Positions 19,961 to 30,793 of a stretch of 64,000 nucleotides of DNA are shown here, piece by piece (the stretch's first letter is position 1; every line of letters starts with the position of its first letter). The DNA is from an uncultured delta proteobacterium (GTDB lineage Bacteria; Desulfobacterota; Desulfobacteria; Desulfobacterales; SG8-13). Position numbers and translations under genes: made by a program. The notes under the pieces were generated by a model that had not been told where the DNA came from, did not search any database, and saw only the letters and a list, made by a program, of their open reading frames with translations. The DNA is taken from positions 758,938 through 822,937 of the forward strand of contig CAWKCK010000018.1 in the NCBI GenBank assembly GCA_963848135.1, written 5' to 3'.

Positions 19961-21301
19961 ATGAACTTCGTTATCATCGGTGCCGATGCCGCCGGCATGA
20001 GTGCGGCCAGCAAAGCCAAACGCACGCAGCCGGATCTCAATGTGACCGTCTTTGAAAAGACCGCAGATGCCTCTTACAGCGCCTGAGGCCTTCCATACAA
20101 CATTGCCGATCCCCGGCGGGGAATCGAAGAACTGATTGTGAGAAAGGCCGAGGTGTTCAGAGAAAAGCAGGGAATCAATCTGCTCACCGGCCATCCGGTC
20201 ACCGGCATCGACCGTGTCGCCAAACGTGTCAATGGCACAACCCGGGAGGGAAAACCGTTCGAGGCGGCGTATGACAAACTGTTAATCGCCACCGGAGCCG
20301 CGCCGATCCTTCCGGACATTCCGGGGATCAAGAACCCCGGGGTCATGGTCCTGAAAACACTGGCGGACGGACGGCGTATCAAACAATACCTCAACGGCAG
20401 GACGATCCGACGCGCGGTTATCATCGGTATGGGATATATCGCCCTTGAGATGTGTGAGTCCCTGCGAGCACTCGGCCTTGAGGTGGACATGGTCAAGCCG
20501 CACCCACGCTTTCTGCCCTGGCTCAAAGAGGAACTTGCAGCGGTGGTCGCGGAAGAACTCGCGGCCAAACGCGTAACGCTTCATCCCGGCTGCCGGGTGA
20601 CACGCATCGATAATACCGGCGACCGCCTACAGGTTTTCTGTGAAGATTTGAGCCTTGACGCCGACATGGTGCTCGTCGCTACGGGTGTTTCCCCCAACAG
20701 CGAGATCGCGGCGGCGGCCGGGATCGATCTGGGACCGAAAAAATCGATTGCCGTGGACAAGCGGTTGCTGACTTCCGACCCTCATGTGTATGCCGCCGGA
20801 GACTGTTCTGACGCCATTCACGTGGTGACAGGCCAAAAGACGTGGATTCCGCTGGCATTGCGTGCCAATCGGGCCGGCTGGGCCGCCGCCGACAATGTTT
20901 GCGGTCGTGATGTCGCCTTACCGGGTGTGGTCGGGACTGCTGTATTTAGGGTCTTCGACCTGCAGGTAGCCCGCACGGGACTAAACCGCGAAGAGGCCGT
21001 TGCAGCCGGTTTCGAGGCCGCTGAGGTGGTGATCAAGACCCGGTCCCGGGCCCATGCCCACCCCGGGGCATCCAACATTCATGTCAGCATGGTCGCGGAC
21101 ACCAAAACCGGACGCCTGCTGGGATCCCAGATGGTCGGTAATGAGGGTGTGGCCCATCGCATCAACGCCCCGGCCGTGGCATTACACGCGCAAATGACGG
21201 TGGAGCAGTTCAGCCAAACCGACCTGGCGTATGCCCCCCCCTTCGGGCCGACATGGGACCCATGTTTGACAGCCGCAAATCAGCTGCTGAAAAAGTTATA
21301 A
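19961..21301 (+). CDS. CoA-disulfide reductase / NADH oxidase family flavoprotein, selenoprotein (Sec42)
   Basis: RBS aggag plus ATG 19961; VIIGADAAGMSAA FAD motif; SYSA-UGA-GLPY (20084-20086) replaces the family's redox Cys; in frame with ORF 20138..21301; YAPPF C-terminal motif. Confidence 0.9.
20107..20126 (+). promoter_or_regulatory. Putative SECIS hairpin
   Basis: cgatcccc-ggc-ggggaatcg; loop GG at +29 from UGA. Confidence 0.6.
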
Positions 21302-21304
21302 TAT

Positions 21305-21476
21305 AAGCTCAAAGGTCAAAGCTCAAAGCTCAAAGCGCAAAGGTCATAATTACAGTTGAAAGGTCAAAGCTCAAAGCAAAGAACGACATGAAAAACAGCG
21401 TATCCGACCATTGAGCATTTAGCCTTTAACATTCAGCTTCGACCTTTTTCCTTTGAGTTTTTGAGCTTTCAGCTGA
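21305..21476. repeat. Heptamer tandem repeat AAAGCTC with inverted copies
   Basis: aagctcaaaggtcaaagctcaaagctcaaagcgcaaaggtc ... ctttgagtttttgagctttcagct. Confidence 0.65.
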
Positions 21477-21494
21477 ATTTCCTTGGAGGAACAA

Positions 21495-21911
21495 ATGAAA
21501 AGTTATCGCAAAGAACTCTGGTTCGACGTTCCCACCCGCCGGGCTTTTATCAACATCACCGGCCAGATCGATCAATGCCTGCGGGAAAGCGGCATCGCGG
21601 AGGGCCTCTGCCTGGTGAATGCCATGCACATTACCGCATCGGTATTCATCAATGACGACGAATCCGGCCTGCATCATGATTATGAAGCCTGGCTGGAAAA
21701 ATTGGCCCCCCACGCGCCGGTTTCCCAATACCGGCACAATGTGGGCGAGGACAATGCCGATGCGCACATGAAACGCCAGTTGATGGGACGGGAGGTCGTG
21801 GTGGCCGTCACCGACGGGCAACTCGATTTCGGCACCTGGGAAAGAATCTTTTACGGCGAATTCGACGGTCGGCGCCGTAAAAGGGTCCTGGTTAAAATCA
21901 TCGGCGCTTGA
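21495..21911 (+). CDS. yjbQ: YjbQ (UPF0047) family protein
   Basis: [39 protein letters not shown] ggagga. Confidence 0.9.
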   Translation: MKSYRKELWFDVPTRRAFINITGQIDQCLRESGIAEGLCLVNAMHITASVFINDDESGLHHDYEAWLEKLAPHAPVSQYRHNVGEDNADAHMKRQLMGREVVVAVTDGQLDFGTWERIFYGEFDGRRRKRVLVKIIGA

Positions 21912-22260
21912 CATCTTTGCCCATGAAAGCTCAGCAAACCGGTGGTAGTGACCCGTGAAACATGCGGGCTGCGAGTGGGGAAGCGCATCGCGGCGGTGGA
22001 TATGTGTGCCAGACCATACCTGATTCGCTGTTGCAATTTTCCCGTTATTATGGTTATGAATATGAGGTAACAGTGTGGTATCTCAACGCTCAGGAAGTTC
22101 TTGCGAACGGCATAACGACCTGAAATCCGGAACCGCCCCTGCACCCGACCACAACTGAGCCGCACTGACGCTTCAATTCCCATGGTCGATATCGAACAGC
22201 CATATCCGTTAGCTTGAAAACTGAATGGATCGCTGAATAATCTGATTCAATGGGAGGCAA

Positions 22261-23748
22261 ATGCGCTCGCCCAAAGAAATTGAATACCTCCTCAAGGCCA
22301 TCGATGCCTTCAAGCACCGCCTGATCGTTATTTCACCGGAGTTCGAAATCCTGGCGGCCAACTGCGATATCCCTTCGTTAAAAAACGCCGATATTATTGG
22401 GCATCTCTGCCATCGGGTGTTTTACGATCGCTCGGAACCCTGCGAGAACTGTGCCGTCCAGAAAGCAAAACAGACAGGTCGCCCGGCCTTGCAGCCCAAA
22501 CCGGAAGAATCGACCAACCTCGAAAAAATGCCTTGTTTCTATGCGTACCCGATCCACACCGATGATAAAATCGAAGCTTTCGTAAGCATGGACTTCGACC
22601 TGCCGACCCGTGGCGAGATCGAAGATAAACTGCAGAGTTCAAACGCCCTCTTGCGCAATCTCATTCTCAGTGCGGTTGACGGCGTGATTGCCGCCGACAA
22701 GAAGGGCAAGATCCTGATATTCAACGACATGGCCTCCGAAATATTCGGCTACGGGGTCGAAGAGGCCCTCGAATCCCTGAATATTCGTGATATCTATCCC
22801 GAGCGCATAGAACTTGAAATTATGCAAAGATTGCGCAGTAACGAATACGGTGGGCCCGGAAAACTGCGTTCTTACCAGGTGGACGTAGTCAACAAGAGTG
22901 GGGAACGCATCCCCATCAATCTCAATGCCGCCATCGTGTTCGATAATAAGCGGGAAGTCGCCACCATCGGCTTCTTCCATGATCTGCGCGAGATCAACCG
23001 TGTGAAAGCGGAGCTGGAAAAAACACAAGTTCAGCTGCTTCAATCCGAAAAGATGGCCTCCCTCGGCAAATTGGCCGCCGGAGTGGCCCACCAACTCAAC
23101 AATCCCCTGGCCGGTATTACACTGTTCACAAAGCTGGTCATGGAAGACTACGCTCTCGAAGAAGGCGCCCAAAGTGATCTCTGCCGTGTCCTGCAGGATG
23201 CCGAGCGCTGCCGCGACACGGTCAAAGAACTGCTGGAATTTACCCGCCAGACCCGGCATCTCATGCAGCTCCATGACATCAACCGGGCCATTTCACGCAC
23301 GCTGTTTCTTCTTGAAAACCAGACCTTGTTCCAGAACATCACGATCGAAAAAAACCTGGACACCTCTCTGCCGGCGGTTCACAGCGACATCCAACAGTTG
23401 AACCATTTGTTTATGAATATCATCCTCAATGCCGCTCAAGCGATGGAGGGCAAAGGTCAGTTAACAGTGGAAACCGCCAATCTGCCCACCAAAGAGCGGG
23501 TCTGCATCAAGATATCCGACACCGGGCCGGGAATCGCCGAAGATATCCTGCCCCATATTTTCGACCCTTTCTTCACGACCAAAGAAGAAGGCGAGGGGAC
23601 GGGACTGGGCCTGAGCCTGGTGTACGGTATTATCGAGAACCACGGCGGGCAGATTAAAGCCGAAAGCCAACCGGGTCAGGGTGCAACCTTTATCATCGAA
23701 CTACCTCTTATGCCAAAGACCGAGGGAGGAAGCGACAGTGGGAAATAA
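22261..23748 (+). CDS. PAS-domain sensor histidine kinase (NtrB-like)
   Basis: QSEKMASLGKLAAGVAHQLNNPL H-box, N-box NAAQA, DTGPGI, PFFTTK, GTGLGL. Confidence 0.92.
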   Translation: MRSPKEIEYLLKAIDAFKHRLIVISPEFEILAANCDIPSLKNADIIGHLCHRVFYDRSEPCENCAVQKAKQTGRPALQPKPEESTNLEKMPCFYAYPIHTDDKIEAFVSMDFDLPTRGEIEDKLQSSNALLRNLILSAVDGVIAADKKGKILIFNDMASEIFGYGVEEALESLNIRDIYPERIELEIMQRLRSNEYGGPGKLRSYQVDVVNKSGERIPINLNAAIVFDNKREVATIGFFHDLREINRVKAELEKTQVQLLQSEKMASLGKLAAGVAHQLNNPLAGITLFTKLVMEDYALEEGAQSDLCRVLQDAERCRDTVKELLEFTRQTRHLMQLHDINRAISRTLFLLENQTLFQNITIEKNLDTSLPAVHSDIQQLNHLFMNIILNAAQAMEGKGQLTVETANLPTKERVCIKISDTGPGIAEDILPHIFDPFFTTKEEGEGTGLGLSLVYGIIENHGGQIKAESQPGQGATFIIELPLMPKTEGGSDSGK

Positions 23749-25225
23749 TCTCGAATTGATCCGCGTTCTGGTAGTGGATGATGAGCGGGACATCAGGGAT
23801 GCATCGGAGCGAATTCTCAAACGCATCGGTTTCGAAGTGCAAACCGCCGCCCGTGGCGACGAGGCGCTGAAAGAGGCTGACCTTAACCGGCCTGCCATTG
23901 TACTGCTCGACCTGAAAATGCCCGGGATGGACGGCATGGAGGTTCTTAATCACCTCCACCAGTTGGATTCAAATATCCTGGTCATTGTCATCACCGGTTA
24001 TGCCACGGTCGAGACGGCGATTGAAGCCATGAAACAGGGGGCTTACGATTTCATCCCCAAACCCTTCGAACCGGATCAACTGCGGATTGTCGTCAATCGG
24101 GCCGCCGATAAAATTCGTCTGACCCGCGAAGCACAGAAACTCGAACAGGAAAAGGCACGGACGCTCTCCGACTTGGGTACCGAAAAAAGCCGGATTCATA
24201 CCATCATCGAATCACTGCCGGATGGCGTGCTGGTCACCAATTCAAAGGGGAAGGTGGCTCTAATCAACCCTTCCTGCATACAGCTGCTGAATCTCGATCC
24301 GGATACAAAACCGGGTCGCCCGATTGATGAATACGTGCCGGATGAAGCCGTCTGCAGACTCGCGTTGGAAATATCGCGCGGACAGCACGTGGACTACGGT
24401 GACATACCCAATCACGAGTTTGCTCTGGCGTCCAATACCTATCTGCGCGTCAGAGCGCAGCCTGTGCTGGGGGAAAGAAAAGAGTGCCTGGGGGCGGTAT
24501 TGAATTTTGTCGATATCACAACACTGAAAGTCCTGGACAGGCTAAAATCCGAGTTCGTGGCCAAGGTCTCCCACGAGCTGCGGTCACCGCTGGCGACCAT
24601 TCACGAGCAGCTGGCCCTGGTGATCGGCAACCCAAAGGAGAGCGAACCGAGGCAGGACCAGCATATTCTCAGCCGGGCCAAAGAAAAGACGCAGGGCATG
24701 ATTTCCCTGATCGGAGACCTTCTCGATTTGTCACGCATAGAGGAGGGGATCATCTGTCATGAACCGAAGCCGGTTCGGATGGAAGAACTGCTTAACAACA
24801 TCGTAGATTTTCTAACCACCCGGTCGACCTCAAAAAGCCAGTCCCTGACAATCAACCTGCCGGATCATCCGCTTCCGGAGCTTAATGCCGACCCCCTGGC
24901 GCTGGAGAGCATTTTTGGCAACCTGATCAGCAACGCCATTAACTACACTCCCAAAAACGGCAGCATCCGGGTGTTGGTAGACATGGCCGGCATCAACCTG
25001 CGGGTAAAAGTCATCGACAATGGTTTCGGAATTGCAGAAAAACACATCAATAAAATCTTTGACCGCTTTTACAGGGTCAAAGATGATCAGACGCGTTTTA
25101 TTACCGGTACCGGACTCGGGCTTCCGATCGTGAAAGGCCTGGTGGATTCTTTAGGTGGCATCATCGAAGTCGAAAGCACACCGGGGGAAGGGTCGATCTT
25201 TACCGTGCTGTTGCCGGCGGGTTGA
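23738..25225 (+). CDS. Hybrid receiver-PAS-histidine kinase
   Basis: GTG 23738 after ggagga; VLVVDDE/LDLKMPGMDG receiver; SHELRSPL H-box; DNGFGI, GTGLGL. Confidence 0.9.
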   Translation: MGNNLELIRVLVVDDERDIRDASERILKRIGFEVQTAARGDEALKEADLNRPAIVLLDLKMPGMDGMEVLNHLHQLDSNILVIVITGYATVETAIEAMKQGAYDFIPKPFEPDQLRIVVNRAADKIRLTREAQKLEQEKARTLSDLGTEKSRIHTIIESLPDGVLVTNSKGKVALINPSCIQLLNLDPDTKPGRPIDEYVPDEAVCRLALEISRGQHVDYGDIPNHEFALASNTYLRVRAQPVLGERKECLGAVLNFVDITTLKVLDRLKSEFVAKVSHELRSPLATIHEQLALVIGNPKESEPRQDQHILSRAKEKTQGMISLIGDLLDLSRIEEGIICHEPKPVRMEELLNNIVDFLTTRSTSKSQSLTINLPDHPLPELNADPLALESIFGNLISNAINYTPKNGSIRVLVDMAGINLRVKVIDNGFGIAEKHINKIFDRFYRVKDDQTRFITGTGLGLPIVKGLVDSLGGIIEVESTPGEGSIFTVLLPAG

Positions 25226-25342
25226 TTGACGCCATGAGCTGGATTGAAAAATAAAAAAAGATGTGGTCGTATTGTCCGCACAAAATACGAAAAGGGTGAA
25301 GTCCGCACCCGTCAATACCGAATTTAATTTTGAGCTTTGAAG

Positions 25343-26491
25343 ATGGAAGAAACAAAAAATACTCAAGAACCCAAAATTATGGGATACCATGGGCGCATCC
25401 TTGCGGGGGATTACAGCCGGGATCTCAAATCCCATATCGAAGCCTATATCTGGTATTGCAAGGGGTTCGACAATCTGGGCAGCCCTGCCATGCCGTACAT
25501 CGCCGCATGGCAGGCGACCGATAATACCATTTGGTACGAATTTGTCAGCCGGCGCCTCATCGAGTTGCTCGGTTGCAATTATTCGAACGCACCCGAGCGG
25601 TTCAAAACCAGTGTCATCGAGCGCCACAGATATACCCGCGAAGTCAACAATTACGGGTTCTTTCAAGAAGTATTGAAAAGCAGTGAAGTCGATGGAAAAA
25701 AATTCGAACTCAGAGAGGAAGCCATCAATCAGGGCACTCTGGAGGCCGTGTACAAAGTCAAAACCCCTGCAGCAGGAACATGCTGGATCAAAGATCAGGC
25801 CACCCTGGAGGCATACAACCAGGATGGAATATTTGTGTCTTTAGGGAATTTAACCATTGTCACTAAAGAAATGGAGGCCGAAGAACAGCTCAAAGATATG
25901 CAGAAGTCATTGAAAAGAAGCGAGCAGAAATATCGCGACTTGTCAATTCATGACGATCTAACCGGACTGTTCAATACGCGTTACCTTTACAAATCATTGA
26001 CGGCGTTGATCCGGGAAAGCACCGCCAAAGCGGAACCTTTTTCCCTGGTATTTATGGACATCGATAATTTTAAACAGGTTGTCGATACGAACGGTCACCT
26101 GAACGCAAGCAAAACGCTTCAGGAGATCGCAGCGACCATAAAGTCTGCTCTGGTGGAACCGGCCTACGGTGTCGCTTACGGCGGCGATGAATTCGTGGTG
26201 ACGCTGCCCGGTTTTGATAAACACCAGGCCCTCCAGCTGGCGGAATTAATCCGTTCGCGCATTAAAGAAACGACTTACCTTCGAAACGCCAATCTCAATA
26301 TACGGGTGAGTGCCAGCATGGGGATTGCCACCTTTCCCGATGATGCCCGCACATTGACTGATCTTCTGGCCCTGGCAGACCAGGCCATGTTCAGTGTTAA
26401 GGAAAGGGGGAAAGACTCGATCTGCGGAATATCCTGGGAACCGAACAGTGCCCGGGTGAATGATACGGCCAGGCGTGTCTGCTACAAATAA
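25343..26491 (+). CDS. Diguanylate cyclase (PAS-like plus GGDEF)
   Basis: DDLTGLFN, DIDNFK, YGGDEF, ADQAMF; no RxxD I-site. Confidence 0.88.
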   Translation: MEETKNTQEPKIMGYHGRILAGDYSRDLKSHIEAYIWYCKGFDNLGSPAMPYIAAWQATDNTIWYEFVSRRLIELLGCNYSNAPERFKTSVIERHRYTREVNNYGFFQEVLKSSEVDGKKFELREEAINQGTLEAVYKVKTPAAGTCWIKDQATLEAYNQDGIFVSLGNLTIVTKEMEAEEQLKDMQKSLKRSEQKYRDLSIHDDLTGLFNTRYLYKSLTALIRESTAKAEPFSLVFMDIDNFKQVVDTNGHLNASKTLQEIAATIKSALVEPAYGVAYGGDEFVVTLPGFDKHQALQLAELIRSRIKETTYLRNANLNIRVSASMGIATFPDDARTLTDLLALADQAMFSVKERGKDSICGISWEPNSARVNDTARRVCYK

Positions 26492-26515
26492 AGCGGAACA
26501 GAACAGAGCCGGCAA

Positions 26516-27334
26516 TTATCCGTCGCCGTTGAGTGCTTTGACAAACTCTTCCGGTGGAACCTGAAGGCCGGTCCATAGGGCGAAGGTCCGCCGCGCCTGA
26601 TATGCGAGTGCCGGCAGACCGTCCATAAAACGAATACCCCGCGATTGTGCCATTTCGCCCCAGAAGTTATCATGACGGCCGTAGTTGAGGTCCAGGACCA
26701 ACCGGCAGTTGGGGACCTCCAGCTTTGAGACCAGGGCGGCCAGTTCGGGAGACTCATCGATACTGGACACCGCAGTGGCATTGATCACGATATCCACCGG
26801 AAGAGACCTTTGGGTCAACGCTTCCGGTTCAATGACTTCACCGCTGAAGCTGTGTACAAGTTCCAAGGCCTTTTCGCGGTTACGCCCGACCACGACAATC
26901 GATGCCGCCCGGAGCCAGTTGAGAATGAAAACGACGGCCCGAGCCGCACCGCCGGTACCGAACACCAGGGCCGATGTCCCGTCGACGTCAAATTCAGCCT
27001 CGCTCAGCGCATCCATAATCCCGATGGCATTCGTGTTGTACCCTTTCAGACGTTCCCCGTCCCGCACGATCGTGTTAACGGCACCGATGATGTTCGCGCC
27101 CTCGGAAAGAATATCCAGAAAAGGAATAACGGCCTCCTTGTAGGGGACGGTAACGTTCGCGCCGGCAATGTGCAGAATTCTGAGACTCTGAATCGCCCGC
27201 CCGAGATCCTTTGGCTCCACCATAAAAGGCACATACGTGCCTCGAATTCCCTGGCGCTTCAACATGTTGGTGAAGATCGCCGGGGATTTCAGTTGAAACG
27301 CCCGCTCGTCGCTGAGGATGCAGTATACTTTCAT
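26516..27334 (-). CDS. aroE: Shikimate dehydrogenase
   Basis: GANVTVPYKE, GAVNTI, GYNTN, GTGGAARA, INAT, DGLPAL..QA. Confidence 0.88.
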   Translation of the reverse strand: MKVYCILSDERAFQLKSPAIFTNMLKRQGIRGTYVPFMVEPKDLGRAIQSLRILHIAGANVTVPYKEAVIPFLDILSEGANIIGAVNTIVRDGERLKGYNTNAIGIMDALSEAEFDVDGTSALVFGTGGAARAVVFILNWLRAASIVVVGRNREKALELVHSFSGEVIEPEALTQRSLPVDIVINATAVSSIDESPELAALVSKLEVPNCRLVLDLNYGRHDNFWGEMAQSRGIRFMDGLPALAYQARRTFALWTGLQVPPEEFVKALNGDG

Positions 27335-27403
27335 GAGTCGGTTGGGCCCGTTGGGCCAAGTTTAGGGAATGTCAGAAATTCATTCCGATGGGCTCTTTTT
27401 ATA

Positions 27404-27530
27404 AATCCCCCAGTCCCCCTTTGTCAAAGGGGGGACTGGTAAAGACCTGGAGTGGTTTATACAGCTCTTGCGACAAGAAGGCATGCCGGAATTTAAGCGT
27501 TCCCTCCTTTCAAAAAGGAGACCAGGGGTA
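27404..27530. repeat. REP-like palindrome pair
   Basis: ccagtccccctttgtcaaaggggggactgg (27410-27439) and a degenerate partner ccctcctttcaaaaaggagaccagggg. Confidence 0.55.
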
Positions 27531-27689
27531 TATTCTACTGTCGCGCACACACGCCTATAGGAACATATTTATGACAACAGCTTTAAGTCCTCTATGTCTG
27601 TTAGACCAGCTGTTGCAGCACTCAGGCCTCATAGCCATCCGAGCTGATGCCACCAGCCTCACAGACTCAAGCGGAACCGGCCTAACCCC

Positions 27690-28994
27690 TTAAGGATACA
27701 TGTTCACTTCGGCCAGATCCGGACCCAGATAAGACCGTTCGTTTTCTCCCAGGATGCCCAGAGACAAACAAATGATGGTCCACAAATGAACCGTGTGAAA
27801 TTGGCCTTCAAAGTGCTCTTTCAAGTCGTGAATCTGAGAGTGACAGTTGTGGCAAGGGGTGATGCAATAATCAGCCCCGGTGCGATCGACCTGTTCAAAT
27901 TTCAATTTTCCGTAAGCGCGTCTGGCTTCTGGAAATCCGGACTGCAGGAATCCGCCCCCTCCACCGCAGCAGAAATTATTGGACCGATTCGGTGTCATGT
28001 CGATAAAATTTTCTTCTCCGACACAGGCCTTCACCACGAACCGCAGATCTTCAGCAATCGGGTCGCCTAGCGACTTGCGCACCAGTTGGCAGGGATCCTG
28101 CACGGTAAATTTGACGCCCAGTTTCTTGTTCCAATCGGAGTTGAGTTTAAGTTTTCCTTCACGGACCCATTGAGCATAATACTCGATGATACTTTTGACT
28201 TCGAAATCGTGAGGTATTTTAAATTTATTCAGTCCGACCCGGACTGAGAAGAATTCGTGCCCTCACTCAGTATTGAGCCAGACACTACACTTGAGATCCT
28301 CTACAACTCGGGTTTTTATGCGGACATTTTCTTCCCATTTCTCCAAATCGGCACAGAACAGGCAGTAATTTTCTGCCGCCCACCCCTTGGTGCCATAGGT
28401 CCAGTCGGCCCCCACCCGGTGCAGAATTTTCCAAAGCGGGACCATCTCGTCCGGCTCCGTCACCGGTTCGCGGGAATTTTGATTCAGGAAGAACATGGCG
28501 CCTTCTTTGTCAAGCGGAGCCGTCATATCTGCGAATTCGGGCTGGCTCTCCTGGTACTCTTCCAGCACATCCTCGACAACGAACCTGAAATCCTCTTCAG
28601 AAGCCCCCATGGCACTGCAGGTCTCATGTTTGAATGACATTTCACATGATCCCCGAATTCCCTTGGGTTGTTCTTCTTTCGCCCACCGGTTACGGACATT
28701 GAAAACCAATTGCGGGATATCGATTTTCATTGGACAAGCATAGACGCATCGCTGGCACATGGTACACATCCAGGCCCATTTGGAATTGAGAACCTCTTCG
28801 TCGAGACCAAGGGCCGCCATCCGCAGATATTTTCTGGGATCCATATCTTCCAGCCCGGAAGCCGGGCAGCCGGATGCACATAGTCCGCACGTCAAGCACG
28901 AATTCAGGTTCCCTCCTTCCGGAAGCAGGGCCATGACCTGGTCTTTGAAGGTGGGGCCGCTTTTCTTCTTCAACACGATCGCCTGATTCGACAT
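27690..28994 (-). CDS. HdrD/GlpC-like Fe-S oxidoreductase (2x[4Fe-4S] plus CCG domains), selenoprotein (Sec244)
   Basis: CLTCGLCASGCP and CTMCQRCVYACP; NTE-UGA-GH (28265-28263) matches the family ECGH motif; frame is open into QDPC...CCGGGGG...PCHNC; RBS ggagg before ATG 28994. Confidence 0.88.
28229..28247 (-). promoter_or_regulatory. SECIS hairpin
   Basis: Perfect 8-bp stem ucaguccg-GGU-cggacuga; loop at +24 from UGA. Confidence 0.8.
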
Positions 28995-29350
28995 CGATTC
29001 CTCCACAGGGATTAAGTTGTGAGTGTTGGGCCGGTTCGTCGTTCATGGGCCGCTCAAATATCTATAAAACAGGCTAAACCGACCCAACCGTGTCACCTGG
29101 ACATTTCGCCAAATGGCGGCTTTCATGGTCAAGGCATTTCGAGGCGAAACTGTTGTCCACCGAACAAATCCTGGAGTAACGCGAGCTATGGAAGCTCTCT
29201 GTTTGGCCAGCAGGGTGGACTATTTCGGCGCTTTTATCGCCTTCTTGACAGCTCCAAATACATACCGTCAGACTGTGCCAAAATGTCCAATGACAACGCG
29301 GTGTTTTACTTCCAGATCACTTGCTGAAAAGATTTCACGAAATTTTCGGG

Positions 29351-29743
29351 TCAGGCCAAATCAAGCAGTTTCTTAATGCTTTTCGTAATCTCTTCAGCCG
29401 AGGCCGGCTTGGCAATGTAATCATCCGCTTCGGTGGCCATGCCGTCGGCATGGGTATACCGGGTGGAGGTGACATGGGAAGCCACGGCTGTCAAAAGGAC
29501 AATCGGTATGTCGCAATACTTATCGTCGCCCTTGAGTTCCTGGCAAACGACGTAGCCGTCCTTCTCGGGCATCATTACATCCAGTACAATCGCATCCGGT
29601 GGATTGGCCTGGACTTTTTGCAAACCCTCGACACCGTTGTAAGCGACATCGACAGTAAAACCCTCTTTTTCAAGGTTTCCTTGCACGATAGATGCAAAAT
29701 CAGGCTCATCGTCGACAACTAAAATTCTCTTCTGCAGGTTCAT
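29351..29743 (-). CDS. Single-domain response regulator receiver
   Basis: ILVVDDE, LDVMMPEKDG, LLTA, YIAKP; RBS aggagg before ATG 29743. Confidence 0.9.
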   Translation of the reverse strand: MNLQKRILVVDDEPDFASIVQGNLEKEGFTVDVAYNGVEGLQKVQANPPDAIVLDVMMPEKDGYVVCQELKGDDKYCDIPIVLLTAVASHVTSTRYTHADGMATEADDYIAKPASAEEITKSIKKLLDLA

Positions 29744-29805
29744 AATAACCTCCTTGTTTAATGACGGGTTATTCACTTTTTCTTGTATATTGAGTTGACG
29801 GCCGA

Positions 29806-29857
29806 AAGCGAAAGGGCGCTGCGACCTCTGGCTCTTTGAACTGTTGCCCTTCGCTTT
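29806..29857 (-). terminator. Inverted repeat right after metF (possible terminator or stabilising hairpin)
   Basis: aaagcgaaagggc ... gcccttcgcttt. Confidence 0.4.
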
Positions 29858-29860
29858 GAG

Positions 29861-30793
29861 TTAATTGACACTCGGCCGCGGGAAAAGCCCGGCACGCTCC
29901 ACGATCTCCGGAACCTTTTCTTCCCACTCGATGGCCATGATGTGAAAGCCAGCGACACCTTTTACTTCTTTCAGGCGCTCGATGGCCTCGACACAGATAT
30001 TGATCCCCTCTTCGGCCTGTTTTTCTTTGGGCGTGTCGGCCAGCCGCTTGACAATGTCATCCGGCACATCCATGCCGGGAACCCTGTTCTTCATGTAGCG
30101 CGCCATCCCGACCGATTTCATCGGCGTCAGACCTGCCAGTATGAACACTTTTTCGTGCAGCCCCCGATCACACACTTTTTGCATCCAATCCTCGAACTTA
30201 TCAAGATTATAGATGCACTGGGTCTGAATGAATTCGGCCCCGGCGGCGGCTTTCTTCGCCAGCCGCGGCACGCGGATTTCATAGGGATCGGCAAAGGGGT
30301 TAGCGGCCGCACCGACGAACATCTGCGGCGGCCTCTTGATCTCGTCTCCTCCCAGAAACTTGCCATCGTCACGCATGTGGCGCACGGTTTGAATCAATTG
30401 CATCGAGTCGATATCATGCACATTCTGCCCCTGGGCACAATCACCGAAGCTCTGATGATCGCCGGACAAGCAAAGAATATTGCAAATATCGAATGAGGCG
30501 GCCCCGAGAATGTCGCTCTGAAGCGCAATCCGGTTTCGGTCACGGGTAACCATTTGCAGGATCGGCTCCAAGCCCAACATTTTGATGCGGATGCAGGCGG
30601 CCAGGCTGCACATCCGGGTCATGGACGTCTGGTTATCGGTGACATTAATGGCATCAACGTGATCCTTGATCAGGTCGGCCTTAGCGCTGATAACTTCCGG
30701 ATCGCTGCCGCGCGGTGGCCCGCACTCGGAGGTGACGGCAAAATGCCCGGCGGCCAGAATCTTCTCCAACTTGCTCGGTGTCTTGGCGTTCAT
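29861..30793 (-). CDS. metF: Methylenetetrahydrofolate reductase MetF (MetV-associated type)
   Basis: TSECGPPRG, DAINVTDN, RDRNRIALQSD, LSGDH, FIQTQ, HIMAIEWE. Confidence 0.93.
   Translation of the reverse strand: MNAKTPSKLEKILAAGHFAVTSECGPPRGSDPEVISAKADLIKDHVDAINVTDNQTSMTRMCSLAACIRIKMLGLEPILQMVTRDRNRIALQSDILGAASFDICNILCLSGDHQSFGDCAQGQNVHDIDSMQLIQTVRHMRDDGKFLGGDEIKRPPQMFVGAAANPFADPYEIRVPRLAKKAAAGAEFIQTQCIYNLDKFEDWMQKVCDRGLHEKVFILAGLTPMKSVGMARYMKNRVPGMDVPDDIVKRLADTPKEKQAEEGINICVEAIERLKEVKGVAGFHIMAIEWEEKVPEIVERAGLFPRPSVN

Noticed and set aside
19819..21476. Repeat arrays as CRISPR
   Set aside because: 7-nt tandem units without unique spacers; no cas genes
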